Assembly (NCBI GenBank): GCA_963674735.2
Contig: CAXXQS010000001.1
Location: 576,001 to 640,000, forward strand
Source of the DNA: Myxococcota bacterium
Lineage (GTDB): Bacteria > Myxococcota_A > SURF-8
Length of the DNA stretch: 64,000 nt
Reading direction: 5' to 3'
The notes under the pieces are model-generated. The model saw nothing but the letters and a program-made list of their open reading frames with translations. It did no database searches and was not told the DNA's origin. Shown piece by piece: positions 8,249 through 18,216 of this stretch. A program made the position numbers and the translations under genes. Numbering within the stretch: position 1 is the first letter of the stretch; the number at the start of each line of letters is the position of its first letter.

Positions 8249-11101
8249 TTGACACCCGACCCCCTACAACCCGAAGCCCAGGCCAGAGTGAGAATCGACG
8301 CTCAGCTGGAAGCATCCGGCTGGGTTGTACAGGACTGGAAGGACATGAACCTCTATGCTGCTCAGGGGGTGGCTGTTCGGGAATTCGTGATGGCAACCGG
8401 TTACGGTTTTGCCGACTACCTGCTGTTCGTAGATCAGAAAGCCGTGGGGGTTCTGGAAGCCAAGAAGGAAGGCTTCACCCTGTCAGGTGTCGAAGGCCAG
8501 GCTGAGAAGTACAGCAAGGGACTCCCTGAAAACCTTTCCGTTCCCGTTCGACCTTTGCCGTTTCTTTATCAAGCCAACGGGGAAGAAACCCGTTTCACAA
8601 ATGGTCTTGACCCCGATCCTCGTGCCAGAGAAGTCTTCCAGATTCACCGTCCCGAAACCCTTGCCGAGTGGCTGTTAGCCGACAATCTGGACGATTGGGT
8701 GAAGTCCACCGGTTCCCACACGGCTGCTGACGATACACAACCTTCGACCTTCCGGTCACGTCTTCAGACTCTGCCGGAGCTGGAACGATCCTTCCTGTTC
8801 CCAAACCAGTTCACGGCCATCGGGAATCTGGAACACAGTCTGAAGCAAAACCACCCCCGTTCCCTGATTCAGATGGCTACCGGTTCCGGCAAGACCATCA
8901 TGGCCATTACGGCCCTGTACCGGCTGATTAAGTTCAGTGGAGCCAGACGAACACTTTTCCTGGTGGACAGGAAGAATCTGGGAGAACAGGCTGAGAAAGA
9001 GTTTCAAGGCTTTCGGACGCCGGACGACAACAAGAAGTTCACGGAGCTTTACAACGTCCAGCTTCTTCAATCCAACTCCATCAGAGATTCCTCGAAGGTA
9101 GCCATAACGACCATACAACGTCTGTATTCGATGTTGAAGGGTGAGCCCGACCTTGACCCTGCCCTGGAGGAAGAAAGTGCGTTTGAGGGCGTTCCTGGCC
9201 GTAAAGAACCTATGCCGGTGGTGTACAACGATACTTATCCACCGGAATTCTTCGATTTGATTGTGGTGGATGAATGCCACCGTTCCATTTACAGCCTCTG
9301 GCGGCAGGTGCTGGAATATTTCGATGCCTTCCTAGTGGGACTGACGGCCACCCCGGCCAAGCACACCTTCGGATTCTTCAACAAGAATCTGGTGATGGAA
9401 TACGACCACGACAAAGCCGTGGCCGACGGTGTGAACGTGGACTTCGATGTCTACCAGATCAAAACCCAGATCACCGAGCAGGGTTCCACCATCGAGGCCA
9501 ATGACGACCTGATGCTGACCTTCCGGGATCGTTCTACCCGTGCCAAACGGTGGGAAACCCCTGACGAGGATGTGGATTACACAGCCGGTGACCTCGACCG
9601 GAAGGTGGTGGCCAAAGACCAGATACGGACGATTGTCCGGACCTTCAAGGAAAAGCTGTACACGGAGATTTTCCCCGGCAGAACCGAAGTCCCCAAGACC
9701 TTGATTTTTGCCAAGGACGATTCCCATGCCGAAGACATCGTGGACATCGTTCGGGAGGAATTCGAACGGGGTAACGACTTCTGCCAGAAAATCACCTACA
9801 AGACCACGGCCAAGAAACCCAAGGAGCTGATTCAGGATTTCCGTAATTCCTACGAGCCTCGGATTGCCGTGACGGTGGACATGATTGCCACCGGCACCGA
9901 CATCAAGCCTATTGAAATTGTCATGTTCATGAGGGCGGTGAAAAGCCGGGGGCTGTTCGAGCAGATGAAAGGTCGTGGGGTTCGGGTGATTTCCAAGACC
10001 GATATGAAGGCTGTTTCTCCTGATGCCAAGAACGGCAAGACTCATTTCGTGATTGTGGATTGTGTGGGTCAGTTGGAGATGGAAATCAGCGACACCCATC
10101 CACTGGAACGGAAGAAATACGAATCCCTCAAGTCCCTGCTGAACCACGTTGCTGCCGGTGGCACCGACCCGGATGTGCTGTCTTCATTGGCTTCCCGTCT
10201 GTCCCGGCTGGAAAAGAAATTCTCGGTGGATGACCAGGAGCAGATTCGGAAGACCACCGAGGGTGTCCCCTTGAAGAAGATTGCCCGGGCTCTGGTGGAT
10301 GCCGTAGACCCGGATGTTCAGATCGAGAAAGCACGGGAGGTGAACCACCTGCCGGAGGATGCCGAACCCACCGAAGCTCAGGTGAAGGCCGTGGCCGATG
10401 ACCTGAAACGGGAGGCGGCCAAGCCCTTGGCAGCCAACCCGAAGCTCAGGAATACCATTCTGGAATTGAAGCAGAAGTTCGAGCAGTTGATTGATGAAGT
10501 CAGTATCGATCATGTCCTGTATGCCGGTGTGAGTGAAGAAGCCAAGGAAAAGGCCAAGGCTCTGGTGCAGGATTTTGAAACCTTCCTGGTCGAGAACCGG
10601 GACGAAATCGATGCCCTGCAATTCTTCTATGCCCAGCCTCACCGGCGACGGCTGACTTTTACCGACATCAAGGGTCTGGCCGAAGCCATCAAGGCTCCGC
10701 CCCGTTCGTGGACGCCGGATTTGTTGTGGAGAGCCTACGAGACGATGGAGAAATCCCGTGTCCGTGGGGCCAGTGGCCGGAGGCAGTTGGTGGATCTGGT
10801 GTCGTTGGTGAAGTTTGCCCTGAAGCAGGAACCGGTGTTGGAGCCGGTGAGTGAGCATGTGAAGGAACGTTTCGACAACTGGCTGGCCCAGCAGGAGACG
10901 GCGGGCCGGAGGTTTACGGACGAACAGACCCGTTGGCTGACGATGATCCGGGACCATATTGCCAGCAGTTGGGAAATGGAAATCGACGACTTCGACTATG
11001 CCCCCTTTGCCGAGGCCGGTGGCCTGGGTCGGGCTTCTCAGGTATTTGGGCAGGAGTTGAATGTGTTGTTGAAAGAGCTGAATGAGGCACTGGTGGCATG
11101 A
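8249..11101 (+). CDS. hsdR: Type I restriction endonuclease subunit R (EcoEI/EcoAI-like C-terminus)
   Basis: ADY...VLEAK nuclease motif, MATGSGKT, DECH, LTATP, TGTD, QMKGRG helicase motifs. Confidence 0.93.
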   Translation: MTPDPLQPEAQARVRIDAQLEASGWVVQDWKDMNLYAAQGVAVREFVMATGYGFADYLLFVDQKAVGVLEAKKEGFTLSGVEGQAEKYSKGLPENLSVPVRPLPFLYQANGEETRFTNGLDPDPRAREVFQIHRPETLAEWLLADNLDDWVKSTGSHTAADDTQPSTFRSRLQTLPELERSFLFPNQFTAIGNLEHSLKQNHPRSLIQMATGSGKTIMAITALYRLIKFSGARRTLFLVDRKNLGEQAEKEFQGFRTPDDNKKFTELYNVQLLQSNSIRDSSKVAITTIQRLYSMLKGEPDLDPALEEESAFEGVPGRKEPMPVVYNDTYPPEFFDLIVVDECHRSIYSLWRQVLEYFDAFLVGLTATPAKHTFGFFNKNLVMEYDHDKAVADGVNVDFDVYQIKTQITEQGSTIEANDDLMLTFRDRSTRAKRWETPDEDVDYTAGDLDRKVVAKDQIRTIVRTFKEKLYTEIFPGRTEVPKTLIFAKDDSHAEDIVDIVREEFERGNDFCQKITYKTTAKKPKELIQDFRNSYEPRIAVTVDMIATGTDIKPIEIVMFMRAVKSRGLFEQMKGRGVRVISKTDMKAVSPDAKNGKTHFVIVDCVGQLEMEISDTHPLERKKYESLKSLLNHVAAGGTDPDVLSSLASRLSRLEKKFSVDDQEQIRKTTEGVPLKKIARALVDAVDPDVQIEKAREVNHLPEDAEPTEAQVKAVADDLKREAAKPLAANPKLRNTILELKQKFEQLIDEVSIDHVLYAGVSEEAKEKAKALVQDFETFLVENRDEIDALQFFYAQPHRRRLTFTDIKGLAEAIKAPPRSWTPDLLWRAYETMEKSRVRGASGRRQLVDLVSLVKFALKQEPVLEPVSEHVKERFDNWLAQQETAGRRFTDEQTRWLTMIRDHIASSWEMEIDDFDYAPFAEAGGLGRASQVFGQELNVLLKELNEALVA

Positions 11102-11115
11102 GGAATTCAGACTAA

Positions 11116-12666
11116 ATGGCCAGATCAAAAAAACTCCAATTACCTGATCCCCCATCAACAGTTTTGCCAACTGGCTGGAGTTGGGCTCCTTTAGTTGACC
11201 TGACCAGAAAAATAGTAGATGGAACACACCATACCCCTAAATACAAGCCTGATGGGATTCCATTTTTATCTGTCAAGGATGTGAGAAACCAAAGACTCCA
11301 CTTTGATGATTGCAAGTACATTTCCCCTGAAGAGCATGATGAACTGACCAAAAGATGTCACCCAGAAAGGGGAGATTTGTTGGTGACCAAATCCGGCACC
11401 ATAGGAAGGACTGCAATTGTAAAGACTGATATTCCGTTCAGTTTGTTCGTTAGTGTTGCTCTGCTCAAACTTGTAGAAGTGGACGTGGATGTTCGGTGGA
11501 TTGAGTATTCTTTTCAGAATTGGCTCCAAAATACCAATGTTCAAAATGATGTAAAAGGCACTGCAATAAAAAATCTTCACCTCGAAGATTTCCGCCAAAT
11601 GTGGGTCCCGTTTCCACCCCTCCCCGAACAGCACCGGATCGTAGCGGCCATCGAGACCTATTTCTCCCGGCTGGACAAGGCCGTGGAAGCCCTGGAACGG
11701 GTGAAAGCCAACCTGAAACGGTACCGGGCCAGTGTGCTGAAGGCTGCCGTCGAGGGTCGGCTGGTGCCCACCGAAGCCGAGCTGGCCAAGGCTGAAGGAC
11801 GTTCGTTCGAACCGGCTTCCGTGCTGCTGGAACGAATTCTCAAAGAACGACGGAAGAAGTGGGAGGAGGCCGGACGTAAGGGCAAATACAAAACCCCCGC
11901 CGCCCCCGACACCAACGGCCTGCCGGAACTGCCGGAGGGCTGGTGCTGGGCTACGGTGGAGCAATTGGCAGCAGATGAACCACGATCACTGACTGATGGT
12001 CCGTTTGGTTCGAATCTAAAAACTGCACACTATACAGATTCTGGGCCAAGGGTGGTAAGGCTTCAGAATATTGGGGAAACCAAGTTTCAAGATGCTGAAG
12101 CTCATGTCTCAGAATCTCACTACCAAAAATTGATAAAACATGCCGTATTTGAAGGAGACATTGTCATAGCTTCTCTTGGAGAAGAATTGCCAAGAGCCTG
12201 TTTGGTTCCCAAGTGGCTAGGTGATGCAATCGTCAAGGCTGATTGTTTAAGGTATAAGCCGAATCCCAATTTGGCTTTTTCCCCATACATCATGTTCACA
12301 CTAAACTCTCGGGTAATTAGGAATTTCACGAAAGAGCTAATTCATGGGGTCGGTCGGCCTCGAATTGGATTGACTGTACTTCGAGAGATACCAATTCCGT
12401 TACCTCCTTTTCATGAACAGATACGGATTGCAGAAGAAATCCATAGGTTGTGGTCAGTCTCCGAGAAATCAAACGAAGTAATTGACACCAACCTCCAACG
12501 AACCACCCGTCTCCGGCAGGCCATCCTGAAATGGGCCTTTGAAGGCAAGCTGGCCGACCAGGACCCGAACGACGAACCGGCATCGGAACTCTTGGAGAGG
12601 ATTCGGCAGGAACGGGAGGGGATGGGGACGGGGAAGAAGGTGAAAAGACGGGGGAGGAAAGGATGA
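11116..12666 (+). CDS. hsdS: Type I RM specificity subunit S
   Basis: Two TRDs with conserved LPxGWxW and PPLPEQHRIV / PPFHEQIRI repeats; DPNDEPASELLERI. Confidence 0.93.
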   Translation: MARSKKLQLPDPPSTVLPTGWSWAPLVDLTRKIVDGTHHTPKYKPDGIPFLSVKDVRNQRLHFDDCKYISPEEHDELTKRCHPERGDLLVTKSGTIGRTAIVKTDIPFSLFVSVALLKLVEVDVDVRWIEYSFQNWLQNTNVQNDVKGTAIKNLHLEDFRQMWVPFPPLPEQHRIVAAIETYFSRLDKAVEALERVKANLKRYRASVLKAAVEGRLVPTEAELAKAEGRSFEPASVLLERILKERRKKWEEAGRKGKYKTPAAPDTNGLPELPEGWCWATVEQLAADEPRSLTDGPFGSNLKTAHYTDSGPRVVRLQNIGETKFQDAEAHVSESHYQKLIKHAVFEGDIVIASLGEELPRACLVPKWLGDAIVKADCLRYKPNPNLAFSPYIMFTLNSRVIRNFTKELIHGVGRPRIGLTVLREIPIPLPPFHEQIRIAEEIHRLWSVSEKSNEVIDTNLQRTTRLRQAILKWAFEGKLADQDPNDEPASELLERIRQEREGMGTGKKVKRRGRKG

Positions 12667-12737
12667 GTGGCTATCAAAATATTCTTTCCCAATTCAGCTA
12701 TTCCTCTTTACCCAGTCAATGCTTGGACATTATGTAG

Positions 12738-13730
12738 GTGATCAATTTGGATTTTTGGCTAGATGACACAACTGGAGTATTAGCTATTTGCATATTCCTT
12801 GCGAGGTTAGCAGACTTTTTAATCATGCCGGAAGGTAGACGCTGGTTAATAAGGAAGGCTGGTAATGTCTGGGTTTTGCTCGAAGAAATGACATTTCGAG
12901 GAATTATTACTCAAGATGCTGCGATATTGCTTGAGTTCGCCGATAAGGTTAAAAACCATTTCAAGATGCCAATTTTCTTGCTTTCTGTGTTGTCCTCAGG
13001 CGTCATTGCGGTGTATTTCTATTTCATATCCTATTCTCACAGTATATATGCGGGATTGCTAATCATATTAGTTGTCTCGTTTATTATTGCCGACAAATTG
13101 ATTCCATCTGAACTTTGGAAAATGAAGCACAATAATAAGCTTGTAAGCTCGGCTAATTATAGTGGATGGGGATTCGGTGGTGTCATCTTTGTAGACACAA
13201 TTAAAGACGTGATACTCGCAATATATCTCTGGACAACAGATGCTGAATTTTTAGAAATTCCAAAACATTATTATTTGTATATTATGACGTTGATTCTTTT
13301 TATTACAAACAAGGTGTCTTATGGCGTTGCTAGATACTATTTCAAGAAGATAATTGGAACTTCAAGCATTTTGGCAATGATAAGACATTTGGTTTTTGCA
13401 AATGCACTAACATTGATTTTATTCACTGTTGTATACTATTGTTACTATGCAATGCTTAATAATGTAACTCTGCCGAGTGGACTGTTTGCCGGAGAAGGTG
13501 CAAAGACAGCATTTATTGTCTGCTATCTGGCTGTGTCAGCTTTTCCTTTGGTTGTGTTTCAATGGTTTTTAACAATATCTCTATTTTGTAAAATTGTTTC
13601 ATACTTGCCATGGTTGTCTTCCATCCCATTTAGAGCTTACTATTCTGATGATGGAAACAATTTGACCAAAGTTGCTGTTCTGATATCAGGATTGGTAAAG
13701 ACAATTCAATATCTCGTGAAGGAGGCCTAA
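12738..13730 (+). CDS. Multi-pass membrane hypothetical protein inserted in the hsd operon
   Basis: AT-rich, many hydrophobic segments, 330 aa. Confidence 0.7.
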   Translation: MINLDFWLDDTTGVLAICIFLARLADFLIMPEGRRWLIRKAGNVWVLLEEMTFRGIITQDAAILLEFADKVKNHFKMPIFLLSVLSSGVIAVYFYFISYSHSIYAGLLIILVVSFIIADKLIPSELWKMKHNNKLVSSANYSGWGFGGVIFVDTIKDVILAIYLWTTDAEFLEIPKHYYLYIMTLILFITNKVSYGVARYYFKKIIGTSSILAMIRHLVFANALTLILFTVVYYCYYAMLNNVTLPSGLFAGEGAKTAFIVCYLAVSAFPLVVFQWFLTISLFCKIVSYLPWLSSIPFRAYYSDDGNNLTKVAVLISGLVKTIQYLVKEA

Positions 13731-13788
13731 ATGCTGCAAAAGTCTCCGATAATTTACAACATTCGGCATAATAGAAGATGGTGATACA

Positions 13789-15291
13789 ATGACCGACTCA
13801 TCAGCCCGAATCGTCCAGAAACTCTGGTCTTACTGCAACGTCCTGCGGGACGACGGCCTCTCCTATCAGGACTACCTCGAACAGTTGACCTTCCTGCTGT
13901 TCCTCAAGATGGCCGACGAACGGGCCAGACTGACCGGCAAGGACCAGCCCATCCCTGAAGGCTACCGCTGGGAAGACCTGTCCAACCCCCAGATGGAAGG
14001 CACCAAACTCGAAGCCTTCTACCGGAAGCTCCTGTCCGAACTCGGCAAACAGAAGGGGATGCTGGGGCTGGTATTCCGTAAGGCCCAGAACAAAATTCAG
14101 GACCCGGCCAAACTGAGGCAGTTGGTGGTGGAACTTATCGGCAAGGAGCAGTGGCTCTCGATGGATGCCGACGTGAAGGGGGACGCCTACGAGGGGCTTC
14201 TCGAACGGAACGCCCAGGACGTAAAGGGCGGAGCCGGACAGTATTTTACACCCAGACCCTTGATTCAGGCCATCGTGGATTGTGTGAAGCCCACTCCCGG
14301 TGAACGGATCATCGACCCGGCCTGTGGCACCGGCGGCTTCCTGCTGGCAGCCCACGACTACCTGGCCGGAACCTACAAACTCGACCGTGACCAGAAGAAG
14401 CACCTGGCCTATGAAGCCCTGCACGGGGTTGAACTGGTGGACGGTGTAGCCCGGCTCTGTGCCATGAACTACATCCTCCACGGCATCGGACCGATCAACG
14501 GGGAATACGAACCGACCCTGAAGGGTGGAGAAGACAGCTTACGGGACGAACCACCGGAACACTACGAGGTGGTCATCACCAATCCGCCCTTCGGCAAGAA
14601 AAGCAGCATCACCGTCATTGCCGACGACGGCAAGTCCAACACGGAAACCATCTCCTACAACCGCCCTGATTTCTGGACGACGACCTCCAACAAGCAACTG
14701 AACTTCGTGCAGCACGTCAAATCCCTGCTGGAAATTCACGGACGAGCTGCCGTCGTGGTGCCGGATAACGTGCTGTTTGAGGGAGGAGCCGGGGAAACGG
14801 TGAGGAAGAAACTCCTTCAGGAGTGTGATGTCCACACCCTGCTCAGGCTGCCGACCGGAATCTTCTATGCCCAGGGGGTCAAGGCCAACGTCCTCTTCTT
14901 CGACCGGAAGCCCGGAGCCAAGACAGCTTGGACCAAGAAGTTGTGGGTCTACGATTTCAGAACCAACAAACACTTCACCCTGAAGACCCGACGGCTGGTT
15001 CGTTCGGACATAGACGAGTTTGTGGAACTCTACAAGCCCGACAATCGAAACACCAGAAAGGCCACCTGGTCGGAAAAGAACCCCGAAGGCCGGTGGCGGT
15101 CCTTCACCTATGAGGAACTGCTGGCCAGAGACAAGGTGTCCCTCGATATCTTCTGGCTTCGGGATGAATCCCTCGAAGATTCGGCCAACCTCCCCGACCC
15201 GAACGTCCTGGCCCAGGAGATTGCCGACGACCTGAATGCCGCCCTGGAGCAGATTGAGGGGATTCTTGGGGACTTGGAGGAAAGGGTATGA
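13789..15291 (+). CDS. hsdM: Type I RM N6-adenine methyltransferase subunit M
   Basis: GQYFTPR, DPACGTGGFL, TNPPF motifs. Confidence 0.95.
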   Translation: MTDSSARIVQKLWSYCNVLRDDGLSYQDYLEQLTFLLFLKMADERARLTGKDQPIPEGYRWEDLSNPQMEGTKLEAFYRKLLSELGKQKGMLGLVFRKAQNKIQDPAKLRQLVVELIGKEQWLSMDADVKGDAYEGLLERNAQDVKGGAGQYFTPRPLIQAIVDCVKPTPGERIIDPACGTGGFLLAAHDYLAGTYKLDRDQKKHLAYEALHGVELVDGVARLCAMNYILHGIGPINGEYEPTLKGGEDSLRDEPPEHYEVVITNPPFGKKSSITVIADDGKSNTETISYNRPDFWTTTSNKQLNFVQHVKSLLEIHGRAAVVVPDNVLFEGGAGETVRKKLLQECDVHTLLRLPTGIFYAQGVKANVLFFDRKPGAKTAWTKKLWVYDFRTNKHFTLKTRRLVRSDIDEFVELYKPDNRNTRKATWSEKNPEGRWRSFTYEELLARDKVSLDIFWLRDESLEDSANLPDPNVLAQEIADDLNAALEQIEGILGDLEERV

Positions 15292-15349
15292 TGGAATGCC
15301 AAACACAAATATACTTACAATACACTCTGAATCGGAGGGATGTCGAATA

Positions 15350-16252
15350 ATGGACCTCCAACAAGCTTATTATGAACTCAAGTTTGAAAATGCCTTCTTG
15401 AAGGCAAAAGGAGATGCATTCCAAGACTTCTTTGAAAAACTGATGGGGTTGGCATACAAGGCAGATTTTATGGCATGTCACCCTTGGGGTAATCGTGGCG
15501 ATAAAAAAAATGATGGCTTTCTTAAGTCTGAGAGAAGGCTATTTCAGGTATATGCACCATATGAAATGACTGAAACAAAAGCTATTGATAAAATTACAGA
15601 GGACTTTAATGGAGCACTGGAGTATTGGGGCAGCCTTTTTGACAAGTGGGTTTTTGCTCATAATGCAGATGATGGCCTTCCACCACATGTACAGAAGGTC
15701 CTATTGGATTTTGAACAGGACCATCCGGGAGTAACAATTGAGCCTTGGTGTCGTGAGGAGCTACGTTCGGTTTTTCGACTTTTATCAATTGATGACCTTC
15801 AGTCTTGGTTTGGTTTTGCTCCGACTTCAGAAACTAAAGCAAGACTAGGATTTAGAGATTTACAGATAGTTCTTGAGAATATTTCTCAGAACCCAGTCAA
15901 GAGCAATGGACCAGTGAAAGATGTTCCTCCCGGTAAGATTCTGGCAAATGCCCTGTCTCCAGCTATTGAGAAATTGCTTAAGGAAGGCATGTCAAAGGTC
16001 TCTCTCGTAGAAGATTTTTTCAGCCAGTGGCATGACCATACCCTTGGAGAACGTATATCCAAGTCGTTTAGAGCAAAATATGATGAACTAAAAGCTGATT
16101 ACACTCCGAATACAATATTCACTGAGCTTCAAGCATGGAGTGGAGGAAAAGAACGTGGGGTTCCCGAGCATGAACTGGCCGTATTGACGGTAATGGCCTA
16201 CTATTTTGAAAGATGTGATATTTTCGAAGAGCCAGGGAGTGAGAAACTATGA
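15350..16252 (+). CDS. Lamassu/ABC-three-component effector (nuclease-like N-terminus + CTD), LmuA-like
   Basis: GDAFQDFF...GDKKNDG...FQVYAP nuclease-like N-terminus; C-terminal YYFERCDIFE typical of ABC-3C CTDs; GGAGG RBS. Confidence 0.78.
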   Translation: MDLQQAYYELKFENAFLKAKGDAFQDFFEKLMGLAYKADFMACHPWGNRGDKKNDGFLKSERRLFQVYAPYEMTETKAIDKITEDFNGALEYWGSLFDKWVFAHNADDGLPPHVQKVLLDFEQDHPGVTIEPWCREELRSVFRLLSIDDLQSWFGFAPTSETKARLGFRDLQIVLENISQNPVKSNGPVKDVPPGKILANALSPAIEKLLKEGMSKVSLVEDFFSQWHDHTLGERISKSFRAKYDELKADYTPNTIFTELQAWSGGKERGVPEHELAVLTVMAYYFERCDIFEEPGSEKL

Positions 16253-16497
16253 TATTACCATCGAAACACCTTTCTCAAAGTCAAGCTCTGCTTACCTTCG
16301 GAGCCATGATATTGGATAACCTTCGAACACCAAAAACGGTTTCCTCTCTTTGGGAGGAATTTCGAAAACGAGATTTTGCAGACGATGTGGTTTCAGTACC
16401 TCAAAATTACGACTGGTTCATTTTGGCTTTGGACCTATTGTTCATCATCCACGCTGTGGAGTTGGAGGACGGGCTACTCACTCGGAAGGCATCATGA
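16249..16497 (+). CDS. ABC-three-component middle component (MC6-like), LmuC-like
   Basis: MILPSKHL...TVSSLWE...YDWFILALDLLF; overlaps both neighbours by 4 nt. Confidence 0.78.
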   Translation: MILPSKHLSQSQALLTFGAMILDNLRTPKTVSSLWEEFRKRDFADDVVSVPQNYDWFILALDLLFIIHAVELEDGLLTRKAS

Positions 16498-18215
16498 TAC
16501 ATTGTATATACAGCAACCTGCCAAAGTTTAAAACAGTTGAATTTCATCGTGGACTCAACGTTTTAATTGTTCGTAGGGAACAGGAATCGACGGAAAAACA
16601 GACTCGAAACAGGGCAGGAAAAACTAGCCTGATTGAGATTGTTCATTTGCTTACAGGTGCTGACATCAAAAAGGACTCACCATTCCGTTCTGATAAACTT
16701 TCTGAAGCTATGTTTGGTATGGAATTCGATCTTGGAGGAAGCAAGACAAAAGTTGAACGAAAGACCAAAAAAAACACGAAAATCGTTATGCAGGACTACG
16801 ACAGGGATAGAAAAGAAAAGGAATTGTCTCATAAACATTGGCTCCAAATCCTAGGTGATTGCTTGTTTGACTTAGGTACCACTTCTGATGGACAGGGAAA
16901 TCCACCTACGTTTCGGTCGCTCTTCCCATATTTTGTTCGACGGCAGAATAGTGGAGGTTTTTCTAGTCCTGAAAAGCAAGCAAATATGCAACAGGTTGGC
17001 GATTTCCAGAAAGCTTTGATGTTTTTACTTGGATTAGATTGGACGATTGCAAGTGACTGGCAGCAGGTACGAAATAGAGAGAAGACACTAAAAGAACTTA
17101 AAAAAGCTGCAGGTATTGGAGCTTTTGGAAACATAATCGGAAAAGCATCAGACCTGCGTACTCAGCTAGCAGTGGCAGAAGCCAACTTGAAAAAACTTCG
17201 GAACCAAGTTGATTCATTTAAAGTCCATGCAGAGTATTCAGAACTTGAAACAGAAGCTGATAAAATAACAAGCAAAATGAACATTCTCTCGAACGAAAAC
17301 ACAATTGATATTGCAGTGATTCGTGATATTGAAAAAGCTTTGCAGTCGGAACATCCTCCCACTCTATCCAATTTGGAAGAAATTTATGCAGAGGTGGGGG
17401 TTTCATTGCCTCAGGTTGCCACAAAAAGGTATGAAGAGGTACGTAGCTTTCATGAATCTGTGATTCGAAATAGGCGAGATTACTTATCGGAAGAACTAAA
17501 CTCAGCCAAACAAAGAGTTGAAATCCGAAACGAAAGCAAGGCAAAGCTAGACCAAAAAAGATCGGAAGTTATGGGCATTCTCCAAAGTCATGGGGCCCTC
17601 GAACAGTTTTCAAAACTTCAAGCAAAAATAATTAAGTTAGAAACTGATGTAGAGGTTCTTCGGCAACGGTTTCAGGCTGCTGAACAACTAGAAGGCTCTA
17701 AGACTGAACTTGAAATAGAGAGAAATCGACTAACACTACGATTACGTAGAGATTTCACCGAACAAAAACAAAGACTGGATGAGGCCATTCTAGCTTTTGA
17801 GGAAATTTCAAAACGTCTGTATGAATCTGCAGGCAGTATGACCGTTGAAGCCACATCCAACGGTCCACTTTTTGAGTTTCCTATGCAGGGGTCAAGCAGT
17901 AAAGGTATTCGGAATATTCAAATTTTCTGCTTTGACATGATGCTCATGAGAGTCTGCAACAAAAGAGGTTTTGGAACTGAGTTTTTAATCCACGATAGTC
18001 ATCTATTCGATGGTGTGGACGGTAGACAAGTCATAAGTGCCCTTAAAGTTGGCTCTCAGATAGCTGATGAGCTTGGATTTCAATACATTGTCACTCTAAA
18101 TGAAGACGATGCCTTTAAGGAAAGTGCAGACGGCTTCGATATACGGGAGCATATTCTTCCAGTTACTCTCACCGATGCAACAGAAGATGGTGGGTTGTTC
18201 GGTTTCCGATTCTAA
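16494..18215 (+). CDS. SMC-like ABC ATPase (DUF2326), LmuB-like
   Basis: RNRAGKTSL Walker A, long coiled coil, SSKG signature, FLIHDSHLFDGVD Walker B/D-loop. Confidence 0.85.
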   Translation: MIHCIYSNLPKFKTVEFHRGLNVLIVRREQESTEKQTRNRAGKTSLIEIVHLLTGADIKKDSPFRSDKLSEAMFGMEFDLGGSKTKVERKTKKNTKIVMQDYDRDRKEKELSHKHWLQILGDCLFDLGTTSDGQGNPPTFRSLFPYFVRRQNSGGFSSPEKQANMQQVGDFQKALMFLLGLDWTIASDWQQVRNREKTLKELKKAAGIGAFGNIIGKASDLRTQLAVAEANLKKLRNQVDSFKVHAEYSELETEADKITSKMNILSNENTIDIAVIRDIEKALQSEHPPTLSNLEEIYAEVGVSLPQVATKRYEEVRSFHESVIRNRRDYLSEELNSAKQRVEIRNESKAKLDQKRSEVMGILQSHGALEQFSKLQAKIIKLETDVEVLRQRFQAAEQLEGSKTELEIERNRLTLRLRRDFTEQKQRLDEAILAFEEISKRLYESAGSMTVEATSNGPLFEFPMQGSSSKGIRNIQIFCFDMMLMRVCNKRGFGTEFLIHDSHLFDGVDGRQVISALKVGSQIADELGFQYIVTLNEDDAFKESADGFDIREHILPVTLTDATEDGGLFGFRF

Positions 18216-18216
18216 A

